A stretch of DNA of 62,662 bases, the filler included. It is 4 parts of 4 records of this genome, joined end to end, with 100 filler letters (N's around TTAATTAATTAA, not from the genome) between each part and the next. Parts side by side here need not be neighbours in the genome. Positions count along the whole stretch, not along the records: positions 38,059 to 62,662 come from SRR20825019_1652; 3 more parts are not named here. The stretch is one strand, 5' to 3'. The notes beneath the pieces are model-generated. The model did not search any database. It was not told the DNA's origin and saw only the letters and a program-made list of their open reading frames with translations. The translations under genes were made by a program, and so were the position numbers. Of this stretch, positions 50,023-60,803 are shown in pieces (position 1 is the first letter of the stretch; every line of letters starts with the position of its first letter).

Positions 50023-52542
50023 TCAATAAATCCCGCCGGTGCCTTTTCGAATTGTGCTTTTTGTTTTAGCGTCTTCAAGCGAACCGTCAAGCACTGCGTA
50101 TTGCCCTGCCCGAGGTTCAGTACCCGGCTTGAAAGCTTCAAGCACGATGTTCGCGTCCCCAATCGTTGCTGGCTGGCCTGTTTCGGCGTTCACGCGCACC
50201 AGTCGAATGCCTGACGGCATACGAAAAGGTACCCCAGGTTCGTTTTTAAGCGCGTCAGCCATAAAGTCCCGGAATATAGGTACAGCAACGGACGAGCCCT
50301 CCTCCCCGTCGCCGAGTGAGCGCGGGCGGTCAAACCCCGTGAAAACACCAACAGCAAGATCGGCGGAAAAGCCAATGAACCAGGCATCAAGGCTATCGTT
50401 GGTCGTTCCGGTTTTACCTGCAAGGGGTTTTCTGAGCCACTTGATTTTCTGGCCAGTGCCGTTCTCAACAACACCCTGCAGCATGGATACCATCTGATAA
50501 GAGGTCTGTGGGTCCAACACCTGCTTACGGTTATCCGGCAACTGGGGTTCACGCTGGTTTCTGTCCCACGTTAGGTCGCAAGGCATGCATATACGATCAT
50601 CGTGACGATAGACAGTATCACCACGACGGTCCTGAATTCGGTCAATCAGGGAAGGTGACACCTCTTTACCGCCATTAACGAGCATGCCGTAAGCGGCCGT
50701 CAGTTGCAGCAACGTGACCTCACCGGCACCCAGCGATGCGGCAAGTGATGGCTCCATATTCTCAGCAAGACCAAACTTGCCTGCATAATCCATTACCGTG
50801 CCCATGCCCAGATGCTGTGCGAGGCGCACGGTCATCAGGTTGCGGGATTTTTCAATACCCAAACGCAACGTGCTGGGACCATAAAACTTATTGGAACTGT
50901 TCTTCGGTTTCCATTTTCCAAGGCCGTCACCCTGGTCAATGACAAATGGTGCATCCAGGACAAGGCTGGCCGGTGTAAAGCCATTATCAAGCGCCGCCGC
51001 ATACACGAATGGCTTGAAGGCGGACCCGGGCTGCCGCTCTGCTTGAACCGCGCGGTTATACTGGCTTGCGGCATAATCAAATCCGCCGACCATGGCGAGT
51101 ACCCTGCCTGTATGCGGGTCCATCGCAACCAAGGCACCGTCAATCTCCGGTACTTGTCGCAAGGCATAATTCTGGACAGTGCCAATAGAGTCGCCCTTGG
51201 CATTCCAGAATGTGGAGATCGTCGTTGTCTGGTCTGCGTTCAGTGCTTCAATAGCAATAACATCGCCAACAGAAAGCACCTGGGCGGTATCCTTAACACT
51301 GGGGCCCAAACGCTCACCCTGACGCCATGCTCGCGCCCAAGTGATTTCGTCAAACGGCACAAAACCAAAACTGCCGTCTTTTAGTCCGATAATGGCACCG
51401 TCTTCGCGAACCTCATGTACCGCTGCAAGCGACCAGCTTGCAAAGCCTAGTGGCTTCTTGAAGGCGCGCAAACGTTCGGCCCACTCGCTATCCATTACAG
51501 TGCGACCGACCGGTCCGCGCCAACCGTGGCGGCGATCGTACGCCACCAAACCTTCGCGCAAGGTGCGTTCCGCAATTGCCTGCAACCTTGGCTCCAGGGA
51601 AGTGCGAACAGAAAGCCCACCTTCATACAGTACACGGTCGCCATACATACGGCCTACCCTGCGACGTACTTCTTCCGCAAAATGCTCGGCTTCAAAGCGT
51701 GCGTGCCCTTCGCGTTCGTGCATCACCAGGTCTTCCGCAACTGCCACCCGGTATGTGGCCTCATCGATATGACCAAGTTCATACATTCGAGACAGGACCC
51801 AGTCCCGGCGGCCAACCGCGCGTTCCTTATTTCTAACAGGGTGATAGTTGTTTGGTGCTTTTGGTAGCGCGGCCAGATACGCCATTTCAGCAACCGTCAG
51901 CTCATTGAGCGCCTTGTTGAAATAGTTCAGTGCCGCAGCCGCAACCCCATACGAACGGTTGCCAAAATAGATTTCGTTCAGATACAGCTCTAGGATGCGG
52001 TCCTTGGAGAACGCCCGTTCGATCCGCAGTGTCAGAATCATTTCCTTGATCTTGCGGTCAAGTCTCTGATCGAGCGTCAGCAGAAATGTACGAGCCACCT
52101 GCTGTGTAATAGTTGAGCCGCCTTGCAAGGGTCGGTCCCTAAGCACATTGAGCACGTTTCTCAGGTTGCCTCGGACCATGCCTAGGTAATCCAAACCGTC
52201 ATGCTCATAGAAGTTTTTGTCTTCGGCTGCAAGAAACGCCTCAATCAGGCCTTCCGGCACCACATTGATAGGTACAAAAAGCCGCTGCTGGCGTGCAAAC
52301 TCTGTCAGCAAACTACCGTCGCCCGCGTGTATGCGCGTAACAATCGACGGTTCATAGTTTGCGAGCTGACGATAATCAGGCAGGTCACGGCCATAGTAGA
52401 TGATCGCCCACAACACCGCACCACCAGCCACAACAACGCCCAAAACGCCAGAGATCAAACCAAACTTAAGCAACCGCCGCCAAAGCGGGCGCTTGGTTTT
52501 CACCGGCGTCTCATCGGTTTTCTTTTGTTCTAAGTCTGTCAT
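50023..52542 (-). CDS. mrcA: Penicillin-binding protein 1A
   Basis: AAEDKNFYEH, QGGSTITQQ, GSAFKP (SxxK), SRN, KTGTTN. Confidence 0.95.
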   Translation of the reverse strand: MTDLEQKKTDETPVKTKRPLWRRLLKFGLISGVLGVVVAGGAVLWAIIYYGRDLPDYRQLANYEPSIVTRIHAGDGSLLTEFARQQRLFVPINVVPEGLIEAFLAAEDKNFYEHDGLDYLGMVRGNLRNVLNVLRDRPLQGGSTITQQVARTFLLTLDQRLDRKIKEMILTLRIERAFSKDRILELYLNEIYFGNRSYGVAAAALNYFNKALNELTVAEMAYLAALPKAPNNYHPVRNKERAVGRRDWVLSRMYELGHIDEATYRVAVAEDLVMHEREGHARFEAEHFAEEVRRRVGRMYGDRVLYEGGLSVRTSLEPRLQAIAERTLREGLVAYDRRHGWRGPVGRTVMDSEWAERLRAFKKPLGFASWSLAAVHEVREDGAIIGLKDGSFGFVPFDEITWARAWRQGERLGPSVKDTAQVLSVGDVIAIEALNADQTTTISTFWNAKGDSIGTVQNYALRQVPEIDGALVAMDPHTGRVLAMVGGFDYAASQYNRAVQAERQPGSAFKPFVYAAALDNGFTPASLVLDAPFVIDQGDGLGKWKPKNSSNKFYGPSTLRLGIEKSRNLMTVRLAQHLGMGTVMDYAGKFGLAENMEPSLAASLGAGEVTLLQLTAAYGMLVNGGKEVSPSLIDRIQDRRGDTVYRHDDRICMPCDLTWDRNQREPQLPDNRKQVLDPQTSYQMVSMLQGVVENGTGQKIKWLRKPLAGKTGTTNDSLDAWFIGFSADLAVGVFTGFDRPRSLGDGEEGSSVAVPIFRDFMADALKNEPGVPFRMPSGIRLVRVNAETGQPATIGDANIVLEAFKPGTEPRAGQYAVLDGSLEDAKTKSTIRKGTGGIY

Positions 52543-52691
52543 GGCCTCGTATGGGTCTTATCTAGGAACTGACACCAATATACAGGTTTTGCACCAGATT
52601 GTGTCGCCCTTATGGCACCAGATGCCGCCTTATGGCACTTTGCTGTAGCGCGTGCAATTATCGCCTCAAATTTTTAGGGATTGTTATAACC

Positions 52692-53888
52692 TCAACGCCC
52701 CAGCGCGACCATCTGCTGAAAATATCTGTCAGTCGCCCTGCGCACTGCCTGAGCAATCTTCTTGCGCCCGCTGTCACTGTTAATAAAACGTGCATTTGTC
52801 TTGTTTGTCAGATAACCAGCCTCAAGAAGGATGGACGGAACGTCGGGCGCCTTAAGTACGCCAAGATTGGCAAACCGGTGGCTACGCCCCAGCATGGGCA
52901 CGTCGCGCGCTAACTCCTGCACAAGAATATTGGCATACTGAGCTGAGAAATTCATCGTCTCTCGCTGCGCCAGATCGATCAGAATACTTGAAACATCATC
53001 GTCCGCCTCATCAAGATTTACCCCCGCGATCACATCAGACTTGTTCTCGCGAGCAGCGAGTCTACCTGCTTCTTTATCTGAGGCAGTTTCCGAAAGGTTA
53101 TAAACGCTCGCTCCGCTAACCTTTGAGTTAGCTATAGAGTCAGCATGCACACTAATAAACAAATCAGCTCGGTGCCGCCGTGCGATCCTGAACCGTTCGC
53201 GTACCGGATGAAATATATCCCGGTCCCTTGTCATGTGAACTTCATAACGTCCTGTTCTATTAAGTTCATCACGGATAGCGCGCGCAATCTCCAGCACAAC
53301 CACTTTCTCGTAAACACCTATAGCTCCCAAGTTACCGGGGTCCGGGCCGCCATGCCCGGGATCAATAACCACAATTCGTTTACCTGCAATGCGTTTGCGG
53401 GGTGCTGTCACATCCGGCACCGATGCGCTCGTGACAACAGGGCGTTCATTTTTACTGCTTTGCACAGCCGCGAGGAAATTGCTGCGCGTCGCAGGTTCCA
53501 AATCAAGAACAAAACGGTGCCCATACTGGCCGCGCGGCGGCAGGCTGAAAGCGGTTTTAACCGTCGCGGCTTCTTTCAGGTCCAGAACAATACGGTAAAC
53601 ACCAGGTGCAAAAAGGCCGTGCCTGTATCCTTCAACCAGTCCTGTCGTTTGAACAGCGCTGTTTGCATGCCAGTTTGCTTCAGGAAGATCGATCACAACC
53701 CGGTAAGGGTCAGCCAGCAGGAAAATGCCTGGCTCTGTCTCATTGGATATATCCAGGACAAACCGTGTCGTCTCGCCATTGACCCCAAACCTGAGGCCGT
53801 CTATCTGCACATCCTTGGCCGCTGAAGGCGCTGCGGCACACATGAATGTGCCGACAATGAGCAAAATCAAATTAAACAGACGCAGCAC
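52692..53888 (-). CDS. amiC: N-acetylmuramoyl-L-alanine amidase (AMIN + Amidase_3)
   Basis: TRFVLD and RVVIDLP AMIN motifs, IDPGHGG.DPG, FISVHAD, SILLEAGYLTN. Confidence 0.9.
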   Translation of the reverse strand: MLRLFNLILLIVGTFMCAAAPSAAKDVQIDGLRFGVNGETTRFVLDISNETEPGIFLLADPYRVVIDLPEANWHANSAVQTTGLVEGYRHGLFAPGVYRIVLDLKEAATVKTAFSLPPRGQYGHRFVLDLEPATRSNFLAAVQSSKNERPVVTSASVPDVTAPRKRIAGKRIVVIDPGHGGPDPGNLGAIGVYEKVVVLEIARAIRDELNRTGRYEVHMTRDRDIFHPVRERFRIARRHRADLFISVHADSIANSKVSGASVYNLSETASDKEAGRLAARENKSDVIAGVNLDEADDDVSSILIDLAQRETMNFSAQYANILVQELARDVPMLGRSHRFANLGVLKAPDVPSILLEAGYLTNKTNARFINSDSGRKKIAQAVRRATDRYFQQMVALGR

Positions 53889-54411
53889 AAAAAATCCCCA
53901 CGAACACTTCCTTCACCCTGATTTTGCCGCCCATACTATGAACAACGCCTTAATCTCTCAAGAGAAACAAATCTGCGTGGCGACAATCGGGCTCTTTTGC
54001 CACTTTATTACGGCAAATCAGCAACATCATTGCAGTAGAACAACAATTTAGATTGTAATGCTTGCCCGACTTCACTATTTTAACCCTGCGAGTTTACCGA
54101 CCGGCCGCATGCGCGCGGCGGGTCTGGCTTTGACGGAACGCTCTCGTGGGCTGGCTTTATGCCTTGCTCGCCACCGGACCCAAAGCCGAATAAGGACAAG
54201 AACCGGCAATGGCCAAAAGGCTTTGCGCATTGAAAAAACATAAGACAGGTCTGCCTATATCTATTGGGCAGCGACCATCTTTTGTTGTCTGTGGTCTTCC
54301 GGGGACTGCCTACTCCACACCTACTGAAATAACATCATATAAATTGGACTTAGCCAGCGCCCCCCTTTCTGAGGGCGTGCCCGCGCGGCTGAGCATCCGG
54401 AGAAGTAGTTT

Positions 54412-57246
54412 ATGTCGACAAGAATGCTTATCGACGCGCGTCACTCTGAAGAGACGCGGGTCACAGTTGTTAAGGGAAGCCGCGTAGAGGAGTTTGACTA
54501 CGAATCTGCAACAAGACGCCAACTTAAAGGGAATATCTACCTCGCACGTGTAACTCGTGTTGAGCCATCCCTGCAGGCGGCGTTTGTGGAATATGGCGGT
54601 AACCGTCATGGCTTCCTAGCTTTCAGCGAAATTCATCCTGATTATTATCAGATCCCGGTCGAAGACAGGGAAGAACTGCTGGCTGCAGAAACCCAGGCTG
54701 TTGCAGAAACAATAGCGCATGACGATGTCCCTGCAGAAGTCGCCTCGCCCGCTGAAAAGCACGACGATGAAGATGGCGATGAAGCACCCGACGTCAAAGC
54801 CAGCGACGAAGACGAGAAAGACGCCGAAATCGAAGAAGCCGCCGCACGTCGGCGTGGTCTTCGTGCCCTCAAGCGCAAATATAACATCCAGGAAGTGATC
54901 AAACGCCGTCAGGTGCTGTTGGTTCAGGTGGTTAAGGAAGAACGCGGCAACAAAGGCGCAGCGCTCACCACTTATCTTTCACTTGCGGGTCGCTACTGTG
55001 TATTGATGCCTAACTCAACGCACTCAGGTGGCATCAGCCGTAAAATTTCAAGCGCTACTGACCGCAAGCGCCTGAAAAAGATGATTTCCGACATGCAGGT
55101 CCCGGAAGAAATGGGCCTTATTGTCCGTACCGCTGGCATGAAACGCACCAAAGCCGAGGTGAAGCGCGATTATGAATACCTGCTTCGTCTCTGGAATGGC
55201 ATTCGTGAACTGACGCTTCAGTCGGTCGCCCCTGCCCTCGTTTATGAGGAAGGCAACCTGATCAAACGTACCATCCGGGACCTTTACACCCGCGATGTTG
55301 ACGAGATTTTGGTTGAAGGCGATGAAGGCTACCGCGCAGCGAAGGACTTCATGAAGCTTTTGATGCCAAGCCACGCGAAAAAAGTGCAGCATTACAAGGA
55401 CCGCATCCCGCTTTTCCACCGGTATCAGGTCGAAAACCACCTGGAAGCTATGTACCAACCTGTGGTGCAACTGCGGTCCGGCGGTTATATCGTGATCAAC
55501 CCAACCGAAGCTCTCATATCCATTGATGTGAACTCTGGACGGGCCACACGCGAACATAATATCGAAGAAACAGCGCTTAAAACCAACATGGAAGCGGCTG
55601 AGGAAGTTGCCCGTCAACTTCGCCTCCGCGACATGGCTGGCCTCGTCGTGATTGATTTTATCGACATGGAAGAGCGCAACAACAACCGCGCTGTTGAGCG
55701 CCGCATGAAGGATGTTCTCAAGAACGACCGTGCGCGTATCCAGGTAGGCCGCATCTCCAGCTTTGGCTTGATGGAAATGTCGCGCCAACGTTTGCGCCCT
55801 AACCTTCTTGAAGCCAGCATGGAAACCTGTAATGCCTGTGGCGGCACGGGCGTAGTTCGCTCAGTCGAATCCGCAGCGCTTATGGTTCTGCGCCAGTTAG
55901 AGGAAGAAGGCATTCGTGGGCGCAGCTCGGTTGTTCGGGTAACAGCGAGCCCCGAGGTCGCGATCTATCTTCTCAACAAGAAACGCGCGATGCTTTCCGA
56001 TCTTGAGAGCAGCTACGACTTTATCATCGAGGTACTGTCTTCACCGAGCATGGCACCTGCTGAAGTGGAAGTTACACGCGAAGCACACGTCGCTGGCGGT
56101 AAAGCCGATGGCCCGGTTGAAAACGCCGCTGTTAAACCGGACGGAGCGGCCAGCGCCCTGCCAATTGGCCCTGCAGCTCCCGTGAGCCCGGCCCCGGTTA
56201 TTGAGGAAGAGCACGCTGAGGCTCATCGTCCTGAAGCCCATCGCGTTGAAGAAAAATCTGAGGATGATAAACCTCGCCGCAAGCGTCGTAGGCGTCGTAG
56301 GCGTAGGCGTGGTGACGAAAACACCGAAAATGCAGCAGCACAAGGCCCGGAATCTACCGCAGGCGAAGCAGCGGCAGACGATGCACAAGGCGGCGCTGAA
56401 GCTCATAAAGCTGAAGGTGACGAAACCGGTGGTGAACGCGAGGAACGGCCACGCCGTCGTCGTGGAAGCCGCGGAGGACGCCGTCGTCGTGAACGCCCTG
56501 CCGATCAGAACGCTGAACAGCAGAATACCGATGGAGAAGCAGTTGGTATATCCGAGGGCACAAGCCCCGAAACGCCAGCTGTAGCGGCTGATGAAGCACC
56601 TGCAGAACAAACCGCAGAGCCGCAGAAGCCAGCCCGTCGTAGACGCCGCGTTGTCAAAAAAGCTGACGATGCACCGCAAGACGCGGCAGCAGATGCTGCA
56701 CCGGATAACGCACCCGGTGCGGCAGAGGCTGCAGCACAGGAAGAAAAGCCAAAGCCGCGTAGGCGCACCCGCAAGAAAGCTGAGCCTGCATTAGAAACTG
56801 CAGCAAGTGAGGTACAAACGAGTGACGCGGCTGCACCACCAGACGCAGTTCCTGCAGATGAAAAGCCAAAGCGGCGCCCACGGCGCAAAGCTGCAGATAA
56901 GGTAGCGGCCGAAACCACAGAGGCAGCGCCTGTTGCTGATGAGGCAGCGGCACCTGAAGCGAAGAAGGAAGCCAAGGCTCCTGCCCGCCGCAGACGCGCG
57001 CCGAAGAAAGCAGAGGAAGCTGAGACAACTGTCGCTACTGAAGCAGCCCCCAAAGCGCCTGTGGTCAAGTCTGAGAAAAAGGCACCCGCTAAGCCAGCGG
57101 CTAAAAAGCCCGCAGCAAAAGACAAGCCTGTGCAGTCTATCAAGGTGAGCGCCGACGCTGATTCAGCGGAGGCCGCACCTACAGCGCCAGCGGAGGGCGA
57201 AGGCGGCCCAAAGCGTAAAGGGTGGTGGCAGCGCACTTTCGGTTAA
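54412..57246 (+). CDS. rne: Ribonuclease E
   Basis: MLIDA.H.EETRV, KGNIYLA, IDVNSG, DFIDM, CxxC Zn-link, disordered Arg/Ala/Glu-rich tail ending KGWWQR. Confidence 0.96.
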   Translation: MSTRMLIDARHSEETRVTVVKGSRVEEFDYESATRRQLKGNIYLARVTRVEPSLQAAFVEYGGNRHGFLAFSEIHPDYYQIPVEDREELLAAETQAVAETIAHDDVPAEVASPAEKHDDEDGDEAPDVKASDEDEKDAEIEEAAARRRGLRALKRKYNIQEVIKRRQVLLVQVVKEERGNKGAALTTYLSLAGRYCVLMPNSTHSGGISRKISSATDRKRLKKMISDMQVPEEMGLIVRTAGMKRTKAEVKRDYEYLLRLWNGIRELTLQSVAPALVYEEGNLIKRTIRDLYTRDVDEILVEGDEGYRAAKDFMKLLMPSHAKKVQHYKDRIPLFHRYQVENHLEAMYQPVVQLRSGGYIVINPTEALISIDVNSGRATREHNIEETALKTNMEAAEEVARQLRLRDMAGLVVIDFIDMEERNNNRAVERRMKDVLKNDRARIQVGRISSFGLMEMSRQRLRPNLLEASMETCNACGGTGVVRSVESAALMVLRQLEEEGIRGRSSVVRVTASPEVAIYLLNKKRAMLSDLESSYDFIIEVLSSPSMAPAEVEVTREAHVAGGKADGPVENAAVKPDGAASALPIGPAAPVSPAPVIEEEHAEAHRPEAHRVEEKSEDDKPRRKRRRRRRRRRGDENTENAAAQGPESTAGEAAADDAQGGAEAHKAEGDETGGEREERPRRRRGSRGGRRRRERPADQNAEQQNTDGEAVGISEGTSPETPAVAADEAPAEQTAEPQKPARRRRRVVKKADDAPQDAAADAAPDNAPGAAEAAAQEEKPKPRRRTRKKAEPALETAASEVQTSDAAAPPDAVPADEKPKRRPRRKAADKVAAETTEAAPVADEAAAPEAKKEAKAPARRRRAPKKAEEAETTVATEAAPKAPVVKSEKKAPAKPAAKKPAAKDKPVQSIKVSADADSAEAAPTAPAEGEGGPKRKGWWQRTFG

Positions 57247-57269
57247 CCACCCGCGCAGGTGACAAGATT

Positions 57270-57308
57270 AAGGCGGCGAGGCCACAGCTTCGCCGCCTTT
57301 CTATTTTA
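57270..57308 (+). terminator. Intrinsic terminator after rne
   Basis: AAGGCGGCGAGGC-CACA-GCTTCGCCGCCTT followed by T-rich tail. Confidence 0.8.
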
Positions 57309-57353
57309 TAATCGCTCGAGATCGGCTTTCACGCGCTTGTCAATCATTGTTCA

Positions 57354-58808
57354 TTGACGATTAAGGCCTCGGAGCCTAGCGTTCGCACACGGTGTTGGAG
57401 AATTATTTTGTCAAAAGCCTTTAAACAGATAACCACGTCTATTCTGCTTCTGCTCGTGCTGCCCTTTTCTGCCGCAAAGGCGCAGTCGATCCTCAGGGAC
57501 GCAGAAACAGAAGACTTTCTCCATGAAGTCTCCGATCCCATCTTTATTGCAGCCGGGCTAAACCCCAGTTCCGTGCACCTTTATCTCCTTCATGATAATT
57601 CGATCAACGCGTTTGTAACAGGTGGCCAGAATATCTTCATTCACTCAGGCCTTATCCTTGAAGCCAATAATGTGAACGAGTTTCTGGGCGTTATGGCACA
57701 CGAAACCTGCCATATCGCGTGTGGACACAGGGTGCGGACGGCGAGTGCTCTCGGCACAGCTGGCACAACCTCTATTCTCTCTATGGTGCTTGGCGCTGCT
57801 GCAATTCTTGCCGGTGGCGCTGATGCAGGCATGGGCATCATGATGGCAGGCCAGTCCATGGCGCAGGGCCAGTTTCTAGCCTACAGCCGCGGACAGGAAA
57901 GCGAGGCCGACCTTGCTGGCGCCCGCTACCTGCAAGAAGCAGGAATCCCGGGTGAGGGCATGATTGCCTTCTTTGAAAAGCTCCGTGATCAGGAGATTCT
58001 TGCGCAAGTACGGCAGGACCCTTACGTACGCAGCCACCCGCTTAACCGTACACGTATCATGCAACTACAAGAAGTTGTCGGCGATAGCCCCTATGCAGGA
58101 CAGCCACCGAATCCCGACATGAATGAAAAGTTCAACCGGCTGAAAGCCAAGTTGGCAGGCTATCTTTTTGAACCCCGGCGTACGCTGAGGGACTATCCAC
58201 TAAGTGATACCAGTGCATCGGCACGTTATGCTCGCGTGTACGCATATCACAAGGCACTTGAGTGGGACGCAGCGCTCAGCGAAGCTGATGCCCTTATCGC
58301 GATGGAGCCTAACAATCCTTATTTTTATGAGATCAAGGGCCAGATACTGTTTGAAAACGGCCGTGTTGAACAAAGCCTGCCGGTATTCAAGCAAGCTGTA
58401 GCACTCGCCCCACGCCAACCGCTCATCGCAACGGCTCTGGGTCAAGCCATGGTTTCAACCGAGGATGAAAAACTGATGGCGGATGCCATCCCTATTCTCG
58501 AAGCTGCCACCCGGCAGGACCGAAACAATAGTTTTGCCTGGTTTAACCTTGCCAAAGCCTATGCCTGGATGGGTCGGGAAGCTGAGGCCAGCCTCGCAAC
58601 AGCTGAACGTTTCTATTCTGGCGGGTCGCCAATGCAGGCTGTAATGCATGCCCAGCGTGCGATGGAAGGTTTTGACGAAGGCACACCAGAGTGGCTGCGC
58701 GCGCAGGATATCCTTTATGTGTCGCAAGAGGCCGCAGAAAAATTCAGACGCCAACAAGAACGGCAGCGTCGCCAGCAAGATCGGCAACGCCTGCAGGAAT
58801 TTGAGTAG
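57354..58808 (+). CDS. M48 family metalloprotease with TPRs (BepA-like)
   Basis: ILRDAETE, INAF, HExxH (HETCH), YSRGQESEAD, SHP, TPR C-terminus; start uncertain (possibly TTG 57408). Confidence 0.88.
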   Translation: MTIKASEPSVRTRCWRIILSKAFKQITTSILLLLVLPFSAAKAQSILRDAETEDFLHEVSDPIFIAAGLNPSSVHLYLLHDNSINAFVTGGQNIFIHSGLILEANNVNEFLGVMAHETCHIACGHRVRTASALGTAGTTSILSMVLGAAAILAGGADAGMGIMMAGQSMAQGQFLAYSRGQESEADLAGARYLQEAGIPGEGMIAFFEKLRDQEILAQVRQDPYVRSHPLNRTRIMQLQEVVGDSPYAGQPPNPDMNEKFNRLKAKLAGYLFEPRRTLRDYPLSDTSASARYARVYAYHKALEWDAALSEADALIAMEPNNPYFYEIKGQILFENGRVEQSLPVFKQAVALAPRQPLIATALGQAMVSTEDEKLMADAIPILEAATRQDRNNSFAWFNLAKAYAWMGREAEASLATAERFYSGGSPMQAVMHAQRAMEGFDEGTPEWLRAQDILYVSQEAAEKFRRQQERQRRQQDRQRLQEFE

Positions 58809-58823
58809 AAAGTACCAAACTCT

Positions 58824-59609
58824 ATGACAATAAAATCTACATTTGTTGCCGCCGCCCTGACGGCAGCGGTCACCCTTCAGCCCGCCAGTGCTCAGGACAA
58901 AGCTGACGCTGTGGCGGTGGACCCGGAAGAGAGGGCAAAAATTGAGGCGGTGCTGCAGGACTACCTGCTCGAGAATCCAGAGATTGTTATGTATGCAATT
59001 CGGGAACTTCAGCGCCGCCAATCAGTTGCGCAAATGCTGCCATCCATCGAGATGTACAGAAGCTTCCTCGAGGAAGACAAGGGTGCACCGGTAATTGGTA
59101 ATCCAGACGGTGATGTAACCATTGTTGAATTTTTCGACTATCGCTGCGGCTATTGCCGCCGCCACTTCCCTGAAGTTATGCGCTTAGTGAAAGAAGACGG
59201 CAATATTCGCCTACTTCCCAAGCAATTCCCTATCCTTGATCGGCCTGAAGAAAAAGCGCTCTCCCGCATGGCGGCACAAGCAGCGTTAGCAGCCAACAAG
59301 CAAGGCAAATTTGAAGAATTTCACGTCGCGCTGATGGGCGCGGGTGCATCCGTGACAGAAGAGCTAATCTATAAAACCGCCACAAGCGTCGGCCTTGACC
59401 TAACGCAACTCAAGGCGGATATGGCAGATAAGCTCATCGACAAGCGCATCGGTAATACACTGGCTATTGGCCAGGACATCGGCTTTGAAGGCACACCTGG
59501 CTACATCATCGGTAAAGATGTTGTACTTGGTGCAGAAGGATACGACAGGCTAAGGCAGGCTGTCGCCCGGGCGAGAGAGAAACTGGCCAGCGCTTCACCG
59601 AGCAACTAA
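58824..59609 (+). CDS. DsbA-family periplasmic thiol-disulfide oxidoreductase (ScsC/Com1-like)
   Basis: Signal peptide, YLLENPEI, EFFDYRCGYC, GTP. Confidence 0.9.
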   Translation: MTIKSTFVAAALTAAVTLQPASAQDKADAVAVDPEERAKIEAVLQDYLLENPEIVMYAIRELQRRQSVAQMLPSIEMYRSFLEEDKGAPVIGNPDGDVTIVEFFDYRCGYCRRHFPEVMRLVKEDGNIRLLPKQFPILDRPEEKALSRMAAQAALAANKQGKFEEFHVALMGAGASVTEELIYKTATSVGLDLTQLKADMADKLIDKRIGNTLAIGQDIGFEGTPGYIIGKDVVLGAEGYDRLRQAVARAREKLASASPSN

Positions 59610-59620
59610 CAGTCAAAACC

Positions 59621-59648
59621 AAAAAAAGGCCGCTCAAAGCGGCCTTTT
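59621..59648. terminator. Bidirectional intrinsic terminator
   Basis: AAAAGGCCGCT-CAA-AGCGGCCTTTT between convergent genes. Confidence 0.85.
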
Positions 59649-59671
59649 CCTATCGTCCTGTACTCAGACGA

Positions 59672-60661
59672 CTAAATCAAACCTGAAAGCGGCGAACTAG
59701 GATCCGCATAGCGTTTTTTGGGCATCCGCCCCGCGAGGTACGCCAGCCGCCCACTCTCAACGCCCAGCTTCATAGCCCGCGCCATACGAATGGGATCTTT
59801 GGCTTCTGCGATCGCCGTGTTCATCAAAACACCGTCACAGCCAAGCTCCATGGCAACGGCAGCATCAGAGGCCGTTCCAACGCCTGCATCCACCAGCACA
59901 GGCACGTTGGCCTGCTCGATCATCAACCTGATCTGAACCGGGTTTTGGATACCGAGGCCTGAGCCAATGGGCGCGCCAAGGGGCATGATGGCCACGCAGC
60001 CCATATCCTCCAGCTTTTTCGCCGCAATTGGGTCGTCAGAACAGTAAACCATGACCTTGAAACCGTCTTTGATCAGCGCTTCTGCCGCACTGAAGGTTTC
60101 CAGCATATTTGGGTACAATGTTTTCTGGTCACCCAGCACCTCAAGTTTCACAAGGTCCCAACCACCAGCTTCGCGGGCAAGCCTTAGCGTCCGCACCGCG
60201 CTGTCAGCGTCAAAACAGCCTGCAGTGTTTGGTAGATATGTGATCTTCTTGGGATCGAGATAATCCACCAGCATCGGCTGGTTGGGGTTGGAAACATTCA
60301 CCCGGCGGACGGCTACGGTCACAATCTCAGCGCCCGACGCTTCAACGGCTTTTGCCGTCTCGTCAAAGTCCTTGTATTTCCCGGTGCCTACAATCAGGCG
60401 GGAGTTATATGTTTTGCCCGCAAGTTGCCAACCATCACTTTGTCCTGCCACGGTGCTATTTCCTCCGCCAATAAAATGTACAATTTCCAGCTGGTCACCG
60501 TCCTGAAGTTCCACCTCCGCAAAGGTCGATTTGGGCACAATCTCAAGGTTGCGCTCAACGGCTACCTTGGAAGGTTCAAGGCCAATACTCTTGAGAAATT
60601 CGGCAAGTCGCTGCCCCTTTGGCAGTTTTTTGGCTTCGCCATTAACGGTGATACTGATCAC
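59672..60661 (-). CDS. thiG: Fused sulfur carrier ThiS / thiazole synthase ThiG
   Basis: GTG 60661 with AAGGA RBS; ThiS ([21 protein letters not shown]) in frame with ThiG ([26 protein letters not shown]). Confidence 0.92.
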   Translation of the reverse strand: MISITVNGEAKKLPKGQRLAEFLKSIGLEPSKVAVERNLEIVPKSTFAEVELQDGDQLEIVHFIGGGNSTVAGQSDGWQLAGKTYNSRLIVGTGKYKDFDETAKAVEASGAEIVTVAVRRVNVSNPNQPMLVDYLDPKKITYLPNTAGCFDADSAVRTLRLAREAGGWDLVKLEVLGDQKTLYPNMLETFSAAEALIKDGFKVMVYCSDDPIAAKKLEDMGCVAIMPLGAPIGSGLGIQNPVQIRLMIEQANVPVLVDAGVGTASDAAVAMELGCDGVLMNTAIAEAKDPIRMARAMKLGVESGRLAYLAGRMPKKRYADPSSPLSGLI

Positions 60662-60803
60662 GATACTCTTGTCCTTAAATGCTCTTGTCGCATCTTTTGC
60701 TGAAAATTTCCGCTCGAATTCTTGTCGATGCAGCTTTGCATGCCATGCATATGGCATTATACAAAGGGCTTCAAGCAGTCTGTCGAAACATTGGACGTGT
60801 TCT

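Noticed and set aside
56210-57240. Repetitive CGTCGTAGG and Ala/Glu/Lys-rich sequence
   Set aside because: Low-complexity coding sequence of the RNase E disordered tail; no spacer structure, not CRISPR
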